Shown here in pieces: positions 1 through 10,100 of a stretch of DNA of 64,000 nucleotides. This DNA comes from an uncultured Chloroflexia bacterium. GTDB lineage: Bacteria > Chloroflexota > Chloroflexia > QHBQ01 > JADMIH01. The stretch spans positions 800,001 through 864,000 of the forward strand of contig CAWCNY010000003.1 of NCBI GenBank assembly GCA_963797095.1, in the 5' to 3' direction. A program made the position numbers and the translations under genes. Below the pieces are notes generated by a model. That model was not told the DNA's origin, made no database searches, and was given only the letters and a program-made list of their open reading frames with translations. Positions within the stretch are counted from its first letter, which is position 1, and each line of letters begins with the position of its first letter.

Positions 1-3
1 CCT

Positions 4-909
4 ATGAAGCTCCGCGCAATCGTGGCCGCCTGTGTGCTGGTCGCAGGGCTAACCTTCTTGCTGACGCTCAGCGCCGAGGCACACTCTCTCCTTGTCAGCT
101 CCGATCCGGCCTCCGGCGCAAAACTGGCAACCTCACCCGCCAACGTCCAGATGACCTTCAGCGAGGGGGTCGAGCCTGCTTTCAGCAGCTTCGACGTTAT
201 CGACCGCACGCGCAAGAGCTACGTGGCCGGTGCCCCCACCATCGATCGTGTCAAAGGCCTGGTCACCGTCCCTTTGCAGCCCAACCTGACGCCCGGCAAC
301 TACGTCGTGCAATGGAAGGTCGTGTCGGTCGTCGACGGCCACCTCACTCGCGGTAGCTTCGCCTTCAACGTAATCGGTGGGCCTGCCGTGCCCACTCCTG
401 TTGTGTCCCAGCCTATAACTGGCAGCAACTCCCTGACCCCTCAGCCCACGCTTGAGCCGACCATCGAGCCGCTCCCCGAGCTGCCGTCCGGCACGGAAGG
501 AGGAGCCACGGGCAAGTCAACCGCGCCAGGCGTGCTCGACGTAGCGGTGCGCTGGCTCGACACCCTGCTGGCCGCCTGCGTGATCGGCGGCTCGGTGTTC
601 AGCTTGCTTATCGTGCCGGGGGTGATCGCCCGCCTGCCTACAAGCCCGCGCGAAACAGCCGAGCAGAAGGGCCGGGCCCAGGCCGGGCCCGCACCCCGGT
701 TGCAGGAGGAGCACGCCGAGATCCGCGCGCGCCTGGAGCAGCGCTTCACGCGCGGTTCGCTGGTCGCGGGCGCACTCCTCATCCTCACCCTTGGGGCAGA
801 GCTTGTTTTGCAGGCCATGCGCGTCACCGAGACCGACCTTGGCTCGGTCCTCTCTCAGGCCGATGTGCTTGGTGCGGTGCTCGAACTCCAGTTTCGGTGC
901 CTCTCTTGA
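4..909 (+). CDS. copC: Copper resistance CopC domain plus start of CopD (5' part of a frameshifted CopC-CopD-YtkA-like fusion)
   Basis: Signal peptide ending AEA-H, then HSLLVSSDPA...FSEGVE...WKVVSVVDGH, typical of CopC. A Pro/Thr linker and TM helices follow. The frame shifts near 882-884. Confidence 0.8.
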   Translation: MKLRAIVAACVLVAGLTFLLTLSAEAHSLLVSSDPASGAKLATSPANVQMTFSEGVEPAFSSFDVIDRTRKSYVAGAPTIDRVKGLVTVPLQPNLTPGNYVVQWKVVSVVDGHLTRGSFAFNVIGGPAVPTPVVSQPITGSNSLTPQPTLEPTIEPLPELPSGTEGGATGKSTAPGVLDVAVRWLDTLLAACVIGGSVFSLLIVPGVIARLPTSPRETAEQKGRAQAGPAPRLQEEHAEIRARLEQRFTRGSLVAGALLILTLGAELVLQAMRVTETDLGSVLSQADVLGAVLELQFRCLS

Positions 910-2455
910 GTGGCGCGCCTTTGCCATTTTTGCCATAGTCGTATTGCTCGCGGCTGTCCTGATAACCTATAAAGCGGGGCGCAGAACTGACGCGCCCTTC
1001 GGGCTGGTCGTGTTGCTGGGCACCGGCTACTACTGGGCGCAGACCGAAAGCTCCCACGCCACGGCCCTGAGCGAGCAGCCGGGCGCCGGCATCCTGCAGG
1101 CGCTCTCCCCCCTGTCAAACGTGGTGCACCTGCTCGCCACCGCCATCTGGATCGGCGGCATATTCTACTTTGTGGCCGTGCTCCTGCCGGTCCTGCGCGG
1201 CCTGACCCCGGTGGGGCGGTCCGTCGTATTGCGCGATAGCATCACGAGCTTCAGCCAGGTTGCCCTGGTGACGGTGCCCCTGGTAGCTCTCAGCGGCACG
1301 ATCATCTACCTGGCCGAGCAGCCGAGCGTGGAGAGCACTCTGAACACCGGCTATGGGCGCGAGGTATTGATCAAGGTTGGCCTCCTTGCGGTGCTTATGA
1401 TACCTGCCGCGTACAATCTGCGCCGGGTCGGCCCCGGCCTGGTGAGATTCCGGGATAAGATAGGCCCCGCATTGCAGGCCCTCGCGAATGGCTTCCGCCG
1501 CTCGATCCGCGCCGAGGCCCTGCTGGTCAGCACCGTGCTGATCTTCTCCGCCCTGCTCACCCTCTCGGCCCCCGCCACCGACCCATCGGTCTACTCGCGG
1601 GCAGCCGCCACGGAGGTCGCGGCCCAGGCAACGGCCAGCGCGCCCGTCGTGGCGGCAATCGCAACGCCGGTTGCCTCCCCCACGCCCGGCAAGCCGCAGC
1701 TCACCGCCACCACTCCCCCGCCTGCCACCCTCACCCTCACGCAAACCGTGCGCGGCGTCGATGTATCGTTGACCGTCATGCACAACGGGGTTGACGACGA
1801 CCTCGGCGTAACTATGCGCGACACCAACGGCCCGATCCTTGCCTGTGGGCCGACCCCCACTCCGGATGCCGACTGCGCACTGACCGTCAAAATTACCCTC
1901 ACCGACCTGGAAGACAACACCGGCAGCACTGTTGTCGCGGACCCCACCGGCGATGGCGGCTTCGCCGTGCCGGAAGGCCCTTATCTGCCCTTTGACGGCG
2001 CATGGCAGGTGCTGATCAGCGTAAGGCGCTACAACCAGCCGAACGACGTGAAGGCCGCATTCCGTTACTTGCTGGAGGGTGCCAGCCTGACGGGTAAGAT
2101 CAGCGACTACGTCAACGTGGAGGTTGCTACCGACCCCGACCCGCCGCGCTCAGGCGAGGTGGCGTTCACCTTCCACCTGACCGATAACAACGGCCAGCCG
2201 GTCAACGACGCCACGATAGTCGTCCAGGGTCTCATGCCCGCGCACGGTCACATAACCGAGGTGGAGCAGATGAGCAACACCGCAGGCACGTACACGACCA
2301 GCCTGCTCATGCCGATGAGCGGCGGGTGGTCCCTCGAGATGTCGATCAGCAGGCCGGACCATGACACCGTGGCGGCTGAGGTGGCGCTCGACCTGGAAAG
2401 CTCGGACTACGATCTTACGCCCTACCCCAGCCCCAACGCGCCCATATCACCCTGA
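791..2455 (+). CDS. CopD membrane domain plus C-terminal YtkA/FixH-like Ig domains (3' part of the frameshifted fusion; coding from ~884)
   Basis: CopD motifs SSHA, HLLATAIWIGG, FSQVA...SG and GYGREVLIKVGL. C-terminal GLMPAHGH...MPMSGGW resembles YtkA-type metal-binding domains. Confidence 0.75.
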   Translation: MGQSLFCRPCASPRPTLARSSLRPMCLVRCSNSSFGASLEWRAFAIFAIVVLLAAVLITYKAGRRTDAPFGLVVLLGTGYYWAQTESSHATALSEQPGAGILQALSPLSNVVHLLATAIWIGGIFYFVAVLLPVLRGLTPVGRSVVLRDSITSFSQVALVTVPLVALSGTIIYLAEQPSVESTLNTGYGREVLIKVGLLAVLMIPAAYNLRRVGPGLVRFRDKIGPALQALANGFRRSIRAEALLVSTVLIFSALLTLSAPATDPSVYSRAAATEVAAQATASAPVVAAIATPVASPTPGKPQLTATTPPPATLTLTQTVRGVDVSLTVMHNGVDDDLGVTMRDTNGPILACGPTPTPDADCALTVKITLTDLEDNTGSTVVADPTGDGGFAVPEGPYLPFDGAWQVLISVRRYNQPNDVKAAFRYLLEGASLTGKISDYVNVEVATDPDPPRSGEVAFTFHLTDNNGQPVNDATIVVQGLMPAHGHITEVEQMSNTAGTYTTSLLMPMSGGWSLEMSISRPDHDTVAAEVALDLESSDYDLTPYPSPNAPISP

Positions 2456-3454
2456 ATTCGCAGGACGGTCGCGTCGTGGCCGTCCGGACGGTAACGGATC
2501 GTGCGCTACTTCGTGCTTGTAGTGCTCGATGGCTCCTCTCGTGCTGTACCAGCGCCCGCCTCGTTTTACCGCGTCGATCTCCCCTTTGCGCGCCAGCAAG
2601 CCGAGATAGTTCACGCTGTAGCCCGTCCCCTCGGCTAGCTCAGACATACGCAGATACTCGTCAGTAGGTGGAGTGGCGCACACCTCCAGGTAGAGGTCAA
2701 GCCCACCTTCCACCGCCCGCCCGATCAGGTTCACCAGCGGGCTATACCTGCCCGTATCCGCCTGCTGCAACCCCCGCAGATACGCCCCCCGCCAGTCGCG
2801 CAGCAATAGCGCCGGTGGGTACCCGCCCTGCATCAGCAGCAGGTCGAGCAGCAAACGCCCCACCCGGCCGTTGCCATCAACAAAGGGGTGTATCGCCTCG
2901 AAGGCGTGATGCGCGAGGGCTGCGCACACCAGAGGCTCGTAGTCGAGACCGCCCGTGCCGAGCCATTCGAGCCAGCTAGCGACCAGCTCCGGCACTCTGC
3001 CGGGAGGGGGAGGGGTGAGGGGCACGCCGCGTATATAGACGGCGCGCTCCCTGAAATGCCCGGCACGCGGGTCTATGCCACTCATGATCATGCGGTGCAG
3101 ATAGAGCACCGTTTCCAGCGTGAGCCGGTTGCCCGCATCCGCAAGCGCCATCAGGTAATCAAAGGCAGCCGCGTGGTTGGTCGCCTCCAGGTGCTCGCGC
3201 AGGGGGTGTCCCCCGATTGTTACGCCCGCTTCGAGCACTATGCGTGTCTCCCGCAGGGTGAGGGTATTGCCCTCGATGGCGTTGGAGTGGTAGGTAAGCT
3301 GTATGCGCAGGTCCTCGGCTAGCTGGCGCACCACGTCGGCGGGCAGCGGTCGGTAGCGGTCAAGGCGACCCTTCTTGGCAGCCAGCCTGCGTGCCAGCCG
3401 CACGTCGAGGCGTACCGGTACGTTGCTGTTATCGCTATGGCCCGGATATGCCAT
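2447..3454 (-). CDS. Fic family protein (class II) with C-terminal HTH-like domain
   Basis: Canonical HPFVDGNGRVGR motif and N-terminal inhibitory SNAIEGN motif. C-terminal MSELAEGTGYSVNYLGLLARKGEIDAVKRGGRW is HTH_17-like. Start placed at ATG 3454 behind GAGGAG/GGAG (alternatives 3463, 3502). Confidence 0.9.
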   Translation of the reverse strand: MAYPGHSDNSNVPVRLDVRLARRLAAKKGRLDRYRPLPADVVRQLAEDLRIQLTYHSNAIEGNTLTLRETRIVLEAGVTIGGHPLREHLEATNHAAAFDYLMALADAGNRLTLETVLYLHRMIMSGIDPRAGHFRERAVYIRGVPLTPPPPGRVPELVASWLEWLGTGGLDYEPLVCAALAHHAFEAIHPFVDGNGRVGRLLLDLLLMQGGYPPALLLRDWRGAYLRGLQQADTGRYSPLVNLIGRAVEGGLDLYLEVCATPPTDEYLRMSELAEGTGYSVNYLGLLARKGEIDAVKRGGRWYSTRGAIEHYKHEVAHDPLPSGRPRRDRPANSG

Positions 3455-3462
3455 GATCTCCA

Positions 3463-3528
3463 TCTCCTCGTGAAAACTATATTGATTTACTAATTCTACC
3501 ATAGATCAATATAGTTTTCACGAGGAGA
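3463..3528. promoter_or_regulatory. 27-bp-arm inverted repeat over the fic ribosome-binding region
   Basis: TCTCCTCGTGAAAACTATATTGATTTA (3463-3489) versus TAGATCAATATAGTTTTCACGAGGAGA (3502-3528); one mismatch, 12-nt spacer. Confidence 0.75.
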
Positions 3529-3678
3529 GACCAGGTTTGTGCAAATTAAGAAGCTCACATAGAAGATGCGGAAGTCGAGCCGGAACAAAAAGGCTCCATG
3601 CGGCCACTTTTTTGTCGCGACAAAAATTGAGAAGGAGTGCGCCTTAGCCGGTAATCGGCATTCTCGTCCGACTACCGA

Positions 3679-4485
3679 CTACCGGAGAGGACCGACATCG
3701 CCCGGAGCCGCAGTGTAGCGAGCCAGGCCGGCACCCGGACCCAGCGCTTCAGCAGGTATCACCAGGCGCCTCGCCTTGCGGTCCAGGGCCAGCACCAGCA
3801 GATCGACTATGCTGTTCAGGTGGAGCACGCCGCTGTTCACCACCAGGTCGTAGAGGCGCGCATCCGCCGGGTTGTGGTGATGCGTTGTCATAAGGAAGTG
3901 GGCGCGTTGCTGGTCTTTGGCCTGGATGCGCTGTTGTGCCTCCGCGTGGCTCAAGCCTTCGCGCCGCATGACGTATGCGATGCGCTGTTCCAGCGGCGCG
4001 ATGATTCTTACGTGCAGCACGTCGCGGTGGGTCGCAAGGAGCACCTGGGCGCCACGCCCCACGATGACGGCGTGCCCTACTGTGACCGCCCCTTCAACCA
4101 CTCGCCTGCGCGCCTCATCATACGCAGGCTCGTCGAGGGTGAGTTGGACGGGTAACGGGGCAGGCACCGACGATTGGACGATACCCAGGCTCGAGAGTAT
4201 TCGCGATGCCAGGGTGTCAGCATACTCGTCGTGCGCTTCAGCCTCAGCCACGCTGACGCCTATAGCACGCGCCACTTCTACGACCACCTCGTGATTTACC
4301 AGGTGCCACCCAAGCCGCTCGGCCAGGCGCGCAGCGACCTCCCCGCCGCCGCTCCCGTACTCACGCGATATGGTCACAGCTTTCATCATCCCGACCAACG
4401 ATTCGGTTCCGCTCTCGCCGCCTGTCATCTCTACCCCTTCCTGCTCTTGCTCCTGGGCCTTCGGTACGTCTTGCATATCCCCCAT
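3679..4485 (-). CDS. Cytidylate kinase-like family protein
   Basis: VTISREYGSGGGEVA P-loop variant, VIVGRG, LHVRIIAP, D..R and YDLVVNS motifs. Confidence 0.88.
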   Translation of the reverse strand: MGDMQDVPKAQEQEQEGVEMTGGESGTESLVGMMKAVTISREYGSGGGEVAARLAERLGWHLVNHEVVVEVARAIGVSVAEAEAHDEYADTLASRILSSLGIVQSSVPAPLPVQLTLDEPAYDEARRRVVEGAVTVGHAVIVGRGAQVLLATHRDVLHVRIIAPLEQRIAYVMRREGLSHAEAQQRIQAKDQQRAHFLMTTHHHNPADARLYDLVVNSGVLHLNSIVDLLVLALDRKARRLVIPAEALGPGAGLARYTAAPGDVGPLR

Positions 4486-4562
4486 GTGAGATTCCCCCTT
4501 CTGTTCGCTATCTGCTCACTACCGGCAGTATGGCACCCTCTCTATAAACACCTCTATATTAA

Positions 4563-4674
4563 CTCTATTGAGACACCTCTATTGAGACACCTCTATTGAG
4601 ACACCTCTATTGAGACACCTCTATTGAGACACCTCTATTGAGACACCTCTATTGAGACACCTCTATTGAGACAC
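4563..4674. repeat. Perfect tandem repeat, 8 x 14 bp (CTCTATTGAGACAC)
   Basis: Eight identical contiguous units without spacers. The last unit overlaps the final codons and TAG stop of the MFS gene. Confidence 0.97.
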
Positions 4675-6444
4675 CGGCTTTTCCAGAACCAGGTCCGGGC
4701 TGAGCGCCTCGGGAGCCCCCTCGATGGCCCTGCTCTCCGTGTCGGCAGCTGCGCGGGCGGTGCTGCGGCGAAGGGCGATCTCCGGTATGAAAGCGACAAA
4801 GAACGTCGATATCGCCAGTACGATCGCGCCTATCAAGAACGCCTCGGTGGTGGCCGCTCCCAGCGCGGGTTTGATCGGGGCGGTGATCGCGGTGATCGTC
4901 TGGTCTACCTGCGCGGCGGACAGACTCAGGCCCTCCAGTTGCTGGCGCAGGGTGGAGATCGTGTCGGGGCTGATCAGCGCTTGAGGGCTGATATTGCTCA
5001 GGAAAGCGCCGAACTGGGGGTTCGATTTGAGCTGATCGGGGAGTAGAGCCTGGTACTCGCTGGCGAACCGGTTGTTGACGATGGTGCCGAAGACGGCCAC
5101 CCCTATCGTGCCGCCAATCGAGCGGAAGAAGGTGGTAGCCGAGGTCACAACACCCAATCTCTGCGGTGGAAAAGCGTTCTGCACGATGAGGGTGTAGAGG
5201 GGCTGCGCGATGCCGAGACCTATGCCCATGACCACCATGTAGGCCGCCGTTTGCAAGGTGGGTATATCAATTGCCATTGTGGAAAGCAAGAACATCCCGA
5301 TCGCCATTACGATCTGCCCGATTATCGCCAGTATTCGATACCTGCCGGTGCGGCTCACTATCTGGCCGGATATGATGCTGAATACGATTGAGCCGAACAT
5401 GAGAGGCACGATTGCGTTGCCGCTGTTGGTGGCGCTTTGACCTTGCACCCCCTGAATAAAGAGCGGCAGGTTGATGATCGCGCCGAACATGCCCAGGCCC
5501 ACCAGAGCCACCGTGATCACAGACAGCACGAAGATGCGGTTCTTGAACAGGTCGAGCGGGATGATCGGCTCTGCCGCTCGCGACTCTCGCCACAGGAAGA
5601 GGGCAAGGAACACCGCACCTATGACGAACATGGTCAGGATGGAGCCGGAGCCCCAGGGGAAGTCCTTGCTGCCCCCGAGTGACAGAGCCAGAAGCACAGG
5701 GGTCACCGTGCCGATGAGAGTTAGCACGCCCACCCAGTCTATCGAGCGGCTACCGCTTCGGGCCTGGATGATATTGGGGAAGGTAAAGGCAACCATGGGG
5801 ATCGCGATGAGGCCCACCGGCACATTCACATAGAACACCCACTGCCAACCTATGTTATCCGTAATGAAGCCGCCAACGGTGGGTCCAATTACCGAGGCTA
5901 TGCCAAATACCGCCCCGAACAGGCCCTGCCAGCGCCCCCGGTCGGCGGGTGCCACCACATCGCCCACGATGGTGAAGGCGTTAGCCAGCATCAGACCGCC
6001 GCCTATGCCCTGTATGGCCCGGAAGAATATCAACTCTGCCATGCCGACTGTAAGACTGGGCACCGTTATGCCGAACAGGTTGAACTCGTCTGTGCCGCTG
6101 GAAAGGCCGGAGAGCATTGAGGCCCCTATAAAGATGACCATGCCCCCCACGAAGAACCATTTGCGGCCAAAGAGGTCGCCGATCTTACCCGCAATCGGCA
6201 CTGTGACGGTGGAGGTGAGCAGGTAAGCGGTGGTGACCCAGGCGTAGTGCTCCAGGCCCCTGAGATCGCTCACAATGCGGAACATGGCCGGGCCAACAAC
6301 GGTCTGGTCGAGAGCCGCAAGGAGCAAGCCGAGCATGACCCCGCCCATAATGACATAAAGCTGCCTGCCGTGCACCTCGGTGGGTATGTGGGCCGGCATT
6401 TGCTGAGGGCTATCGGCCGATATTGCAGGACTTTGCTGTTCCAT
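4663..6444 (-). CDS. MFS drug:H+ antiporter, DHA2 (EmrB/QacA) family
   Basis: LAALDQTVV, WVTTAYLL, GKIGDLFGRK, RAIQGIGGG, GPTVGG, WQWVFYVNVP and EPIIPLDLF motifs; about 14 TM segments. Confidence 0.93.
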   Translation of the reverse strand: MEQQSPAISADSPQQMPAHIPTEVHGRQLYVIMGGVMLGLLLAALDQTVVGPAMFRIVSDLRGLEHYAWVTTAYLLTSTVTVPIAGKIGDLFGRKWFFVGGMVIFIGASMLSGLSSGTDEFNLFGITVPSLTVGMAELIFFRAIQGIGGGLMLANAFTIVGDVVAPADRGRWQGLFGAVFGIASVIGPTVGGFITDNIGWQWVFYVNVPVGLIAIPMVAFTFPNIIQARSGSRSIDWVGVLTLIGTVTPVLLALSLGGSKDFPWGSGSILTMFVIGAVFLALFLWRESRAAEPIIPLDLFKNRIFVLSVITVALVGLGMFGAIINLPLFIQGVQGQSATNSGNAIVPLMFGSIVFSIISGQIVSRTGRYRILAIIGQIVMAIGMFLLSTMAIDIPTLQTAAYMVVMGIGLGIAQPLYTLIVQNAFPPQRLGVVTSATTFFRSIGGTIGVAVFGTIVNNRFASEYQALLPDQLKSNPQFGAFLSNISPQALISPDTISTLRQQLEGLSLSAAQVDQTITAITAPIKPALGAATTEAFLIGAIVLAISTFFVAFIPEIALRRSTARAAADTESRAIEGAPEALSPDLVLEKPVSQ

Positions 6445-6529
6445 ATCTCGTTTGCTCCTATTCCTATTGTTGGGTTAGAGCGTTATGGGTGCTCGCGATC
6501 GGACGCGGTAGGCTCACCTACTGCAAACT

Positions 6530-7003
6530 CTATTCCACGGTGACGATAAGTTTGCGGAGGAGGCTATTGAGTTGCTCAAGCTCGTCATCGTTCAGGCGCT
6601 CGGTCATCTTCCCCGTCTGTTTCTGGCGCTCCGCCTCGATCTCTGCGAGCTTGGCTGTTCCCTCCTCGGTAACCTGAACATATACCACGCGGCGGTCAGC
6701 CCGCGCCCGCACCCGTTCCACCAGGCCCGCATCTGTCAGACGGTCCACTATGCCGGTGGCCGTAGCGCCCGATTGGTGCGTCATCTGGGCGAGGTCGCTC
6801 ATGGTAGCTATCCCATCGTAGGCTCCCAGCGTCCACATCACGGCTGCCTGTGGCAGCGTCAGCCCTATCCGCTCCATGAAGCCGCCGGTCTGCTTGTGGC
6901 CCTGCCACATAAGTGCCCGAAGCGTGGCCGAAAGCATCTGCAACAGGTCAGCTCGCCGCCTGGTCTCGCCATTTACAGGAGCTACAACCTCATCTATTTT
7001 CAT
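6530..7003 (-). CDS. MarR family transcriptional regulator
   Basis: LTLPQ...MSDLA...TATGIVDRL..AGLVER...DRRVVYVQVTEEG winged HTH. Start placed at MKIDE. Confidence 0.92.
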   Translation of the reverse strand: MKIDEVVAPVNGETRRRADLLQMLSATLRALMWQGHKQTGGFMERIGLTLPQAAVMWTLGAYDGIATMSDLAQMTHQSGATATGIVDRLTDAGLVERVRARADRRVVYVQVTEEGTAKLAEIEAERQKQTGKMTERLNDDELEQLNSLLRKLIVTVE

Positions 7004-7033
7004 CTTTGACCTCGCTTCCTGGCTCTCTTTGCC

Positions 7034-7081
7034 TTGACATCTCAATATCGATCCTGTAAGATACTTCGCGTGGCGAAATAT
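7034..7081 (+). promoter_or_regulatory. Sigma70-type promoter for the RND gene with overlapping palindrome (candidate MarR operator)
   Basis: TTGACA (7034-7039), 17 bp, TAAGAT (7057-7062). ATACTTCGC-GTG-GCGAAATAT at 7061-7081. Confidence 0.6.
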
Positions 7082-7148
7082 TTACCATGTTGATAATTAT
7101 ACACGCAAAATGACCGATGTCAATATCTGGGTCCCAAGGAGAAAATAG

Positions 7149-10100
7149 TTGATAGTCCTGACAAAGCAGGCGCTAAAGAGGCCGTCGATCACTCTGGTAA
7201 TAGCGGTAGCTACTGTGGTTTTCGGGTTGCTGACGCTCGGCTCGGTAAAGCAAGAGCTTTTCCCCAACATTTCGTTCCCTATCGTCTCGGTCACAACCGT
7301 TTACCCCGGCGCTTCAGCCGAGGTGGTGGACCAGGACGTAACAGCGCCTGTAGAGCATGCCATTTCAGGCATACCAGGCATTCAATCGAGCCAGTCCACT
7401 TCGGCTGAGGGCTTCGCATTCACAATCATCCAGTTCGATGTGAATGCCGACCTGAAAGAAGCCAAAGCCAACGTGCAGGACAAGATCAGCGCGCTCAAGC
7501 TGCCGAGCGGCGTGCAAACCCCACAGGTAGGCACCTTCGACTTTACATCTCTGCCCGCCATCAACGCCAGCGTAAGCGGCAAAGACAACAGCGTCAGCCT
7601 TTCCGATGTTCAATCGCGGATGGAATCAGAGGTGGCACCGGCCCTGTCGGCCATCCCAGGCGTCAGCAATGTGAGCCTGACGGGTGGCGAGCAAACCCAG
7701 GTGCTCGTAACCCTCAACCCCACCAGCCTGGCCCAAAACAACCTGACCCAGCAGCAGATCGTGCAGGTGCTGCAAGCCAACAACCTCCTCTATCCGGTGG
7801 GCACGCTCGATGAAGGCGGGCGCTCGCTGCCCCTGCGCGTGACGCACCAGTACAGCAGCACCGCTGAGATAGCCAACCTGGTGATAGGCATAAAGGGCCT
7901 GAACTTGACGGGCAGCGGCGCGGGCGGAGCGACCGCACCGGGCACGACCGGCACGAACCCCTCACAGACCCAGCCGCACATACCCAATTCCATGCTGCTT
8001 CATTTGAAAGATGTGGCTACTGTTGAATTGAGCAAGACGGGCGGTGCCACCATCACGCGCACCAACGGCCAGCCAAACCTCGGCTTGCAGATATTCACCG
8101 ACCAGAACGCCAATATCGTGGATGTTACGGGCGCGGTGAAGAAAGTGCTCCAGGATGCCCAAAACGCCCAGAGCGACACGCCTATCACCTTCAAGATCAT
8201 CAGCGAGCAGGCCACCACAATCCAGAATTCAATAGGCGGGGTCGCCCAGGAGGGCCTCCTTGGCGCGCTGGTGGCGGTGGTGGTGATCTTCCTCTTCCTC
8301 CTCTCCTTGCGCACCACTCTCATAGCGGCGGTTTCCATACCCGTGTCGGTGGTGGTGGCTCTAATCATGATGCAGTTGCAAGGCTTCTCGCTCAACGTAA
8401 TAACGCTGGGCGGCCTGGCGGTGGCCATCGGGCGCGTGGTGGACGACTCTATCGTGGTGCTCGAAAACATCTACCGCCACGTACGCAAAGGAGACGATGT
8501 CAATACCTCTGTGCTTGAGGGCGTGCGCGAGGTGGCGGGCGCAATCACCACTTCCACCCTGACCACCGTGGCCGTATTCTTGCCCCTCGGGCTGGCGGGT
8601 GGCCTGGTGTCCAAGCTGTTCCTCCCCTTCTCCTTGACCGTCACATACGCCCTGCTGTCATCCCTGCTGGTGGCCCTCACCGTGGTGCCCCTGCTGGCCC
8701 GCCTCTTCATGGGACGGCTGCAAACGGGGGCACACGAAGGTGACACCTGGCTGCAACGCGTCTACACTCCCGTTCTCAAGTGGGCGCTGCGCTACCGCTG
8801 GGCTACGCTGGGGATCGCGGCGCTTCTTTTCGTTGTCAGCATCGGCGTGGCAACCCAGTTGAAGTTCACTTTCATACCCGACACAGCCCAGAAGAATATC
8901 TCCATCAAACTGACCACACCTCCTGGCACCGACCTGCAAACCACCACCGCGAGAGTGTTGCAGGTCGAGGATATAGCCAGAAACCTCCAAAGCCAGGGCA
9001 AAGTGGCCGACATCCAGACCACCATCGGGCAGGGCGGTAACTCGCTCAGCAGCGCCGCTCTGGCGGGCCGTACCGGCACCAGCACCCCCAATCAAGCCTC
9101 CATTACCCTGGCCCTCCCTGCAAACTCGGGCGATCCCCAGGCCCTGGCCGATAGCATCAAAGCGCAGATCGGCCAGATCGGTGGCTTCAACTCGGTAACC
9201 GTCCAAACCGTAGGGGCATCCTCATTCGCAGCAGGTGGGGCCTCAACCGGCCTCGACATTGTGCTTGTCAGCCCCGACCAGGCCGCGCTGCGCGCCGCAA
9301 ACCAGAAGATCCTGGATCGCATCGGCGGCGATAAGGGTGCCGATTTGAACGTGACCAACGTCACCAGCAACCTGGCCGACGTGAAACCCGCTCTCAAAAT
9401 CGACGTTGACCCACAGAAAGCCATCTTGCACGGCACTACCACCGCCCAGGTAGCCCTTCAGATACAATCTCTACTGAACGGCCAGTCCATAGGCAACGTC
9501 ACCCTGGTGGGGCAGGATGCCTCCAACGCGGGCGATGCCGGAAAGCCTCTCAACCTCTTCGTACAGGTGGACCCCGCGTCGATCACCCTCCAAAGCCTGC
9601 GCGATATGAAAGTCGGCACTCTTAACCCCGTGGCCCTCTCCGAGATAGCCACCATCGACGAAGTGCCGGGGGCCATCAGCATCACGCGCATCAACGGCGA
9701 CCAGGCCGCCTCTATCACCGGGCAGATCACCAGCAACGACACCATCAACGTACAGAACCGGGTCGTCTCGGAAATCAAGAAACTAGACCTGCCCGCTGGC
9801 GTACAGGTAAGCGGAGGCGCGCAAGCCCAGTCCCAGGCCCAGGCGCTGGGCGGCCTTGGCACTGCCCTCCTCGTAGCTATCGCCCTGGTCTACATAGTCA
9901 TGCTCTTCTGGTCAGGCTCCTTCCTCAACCCGTTCGTGATCCTCTTCTCGCTGCCCCTTGCCGCCATCGGCGCGATCTGGGGGCTTTTCATCACGGGCAA
10001 GCCGATCGGTATCACCTCGCTCGTAGGTATGCTGATGCTGATCGGTATCGTGGTAACCAACGCCATAGTGTTGCTCGACCTTGTGGAACAGCATAAAGCA

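Noticed and set aside
4563-4674. CRISPR array
   Set aside because: Units are 14 bp and contiguous with no spacers; no cas genes in the window.
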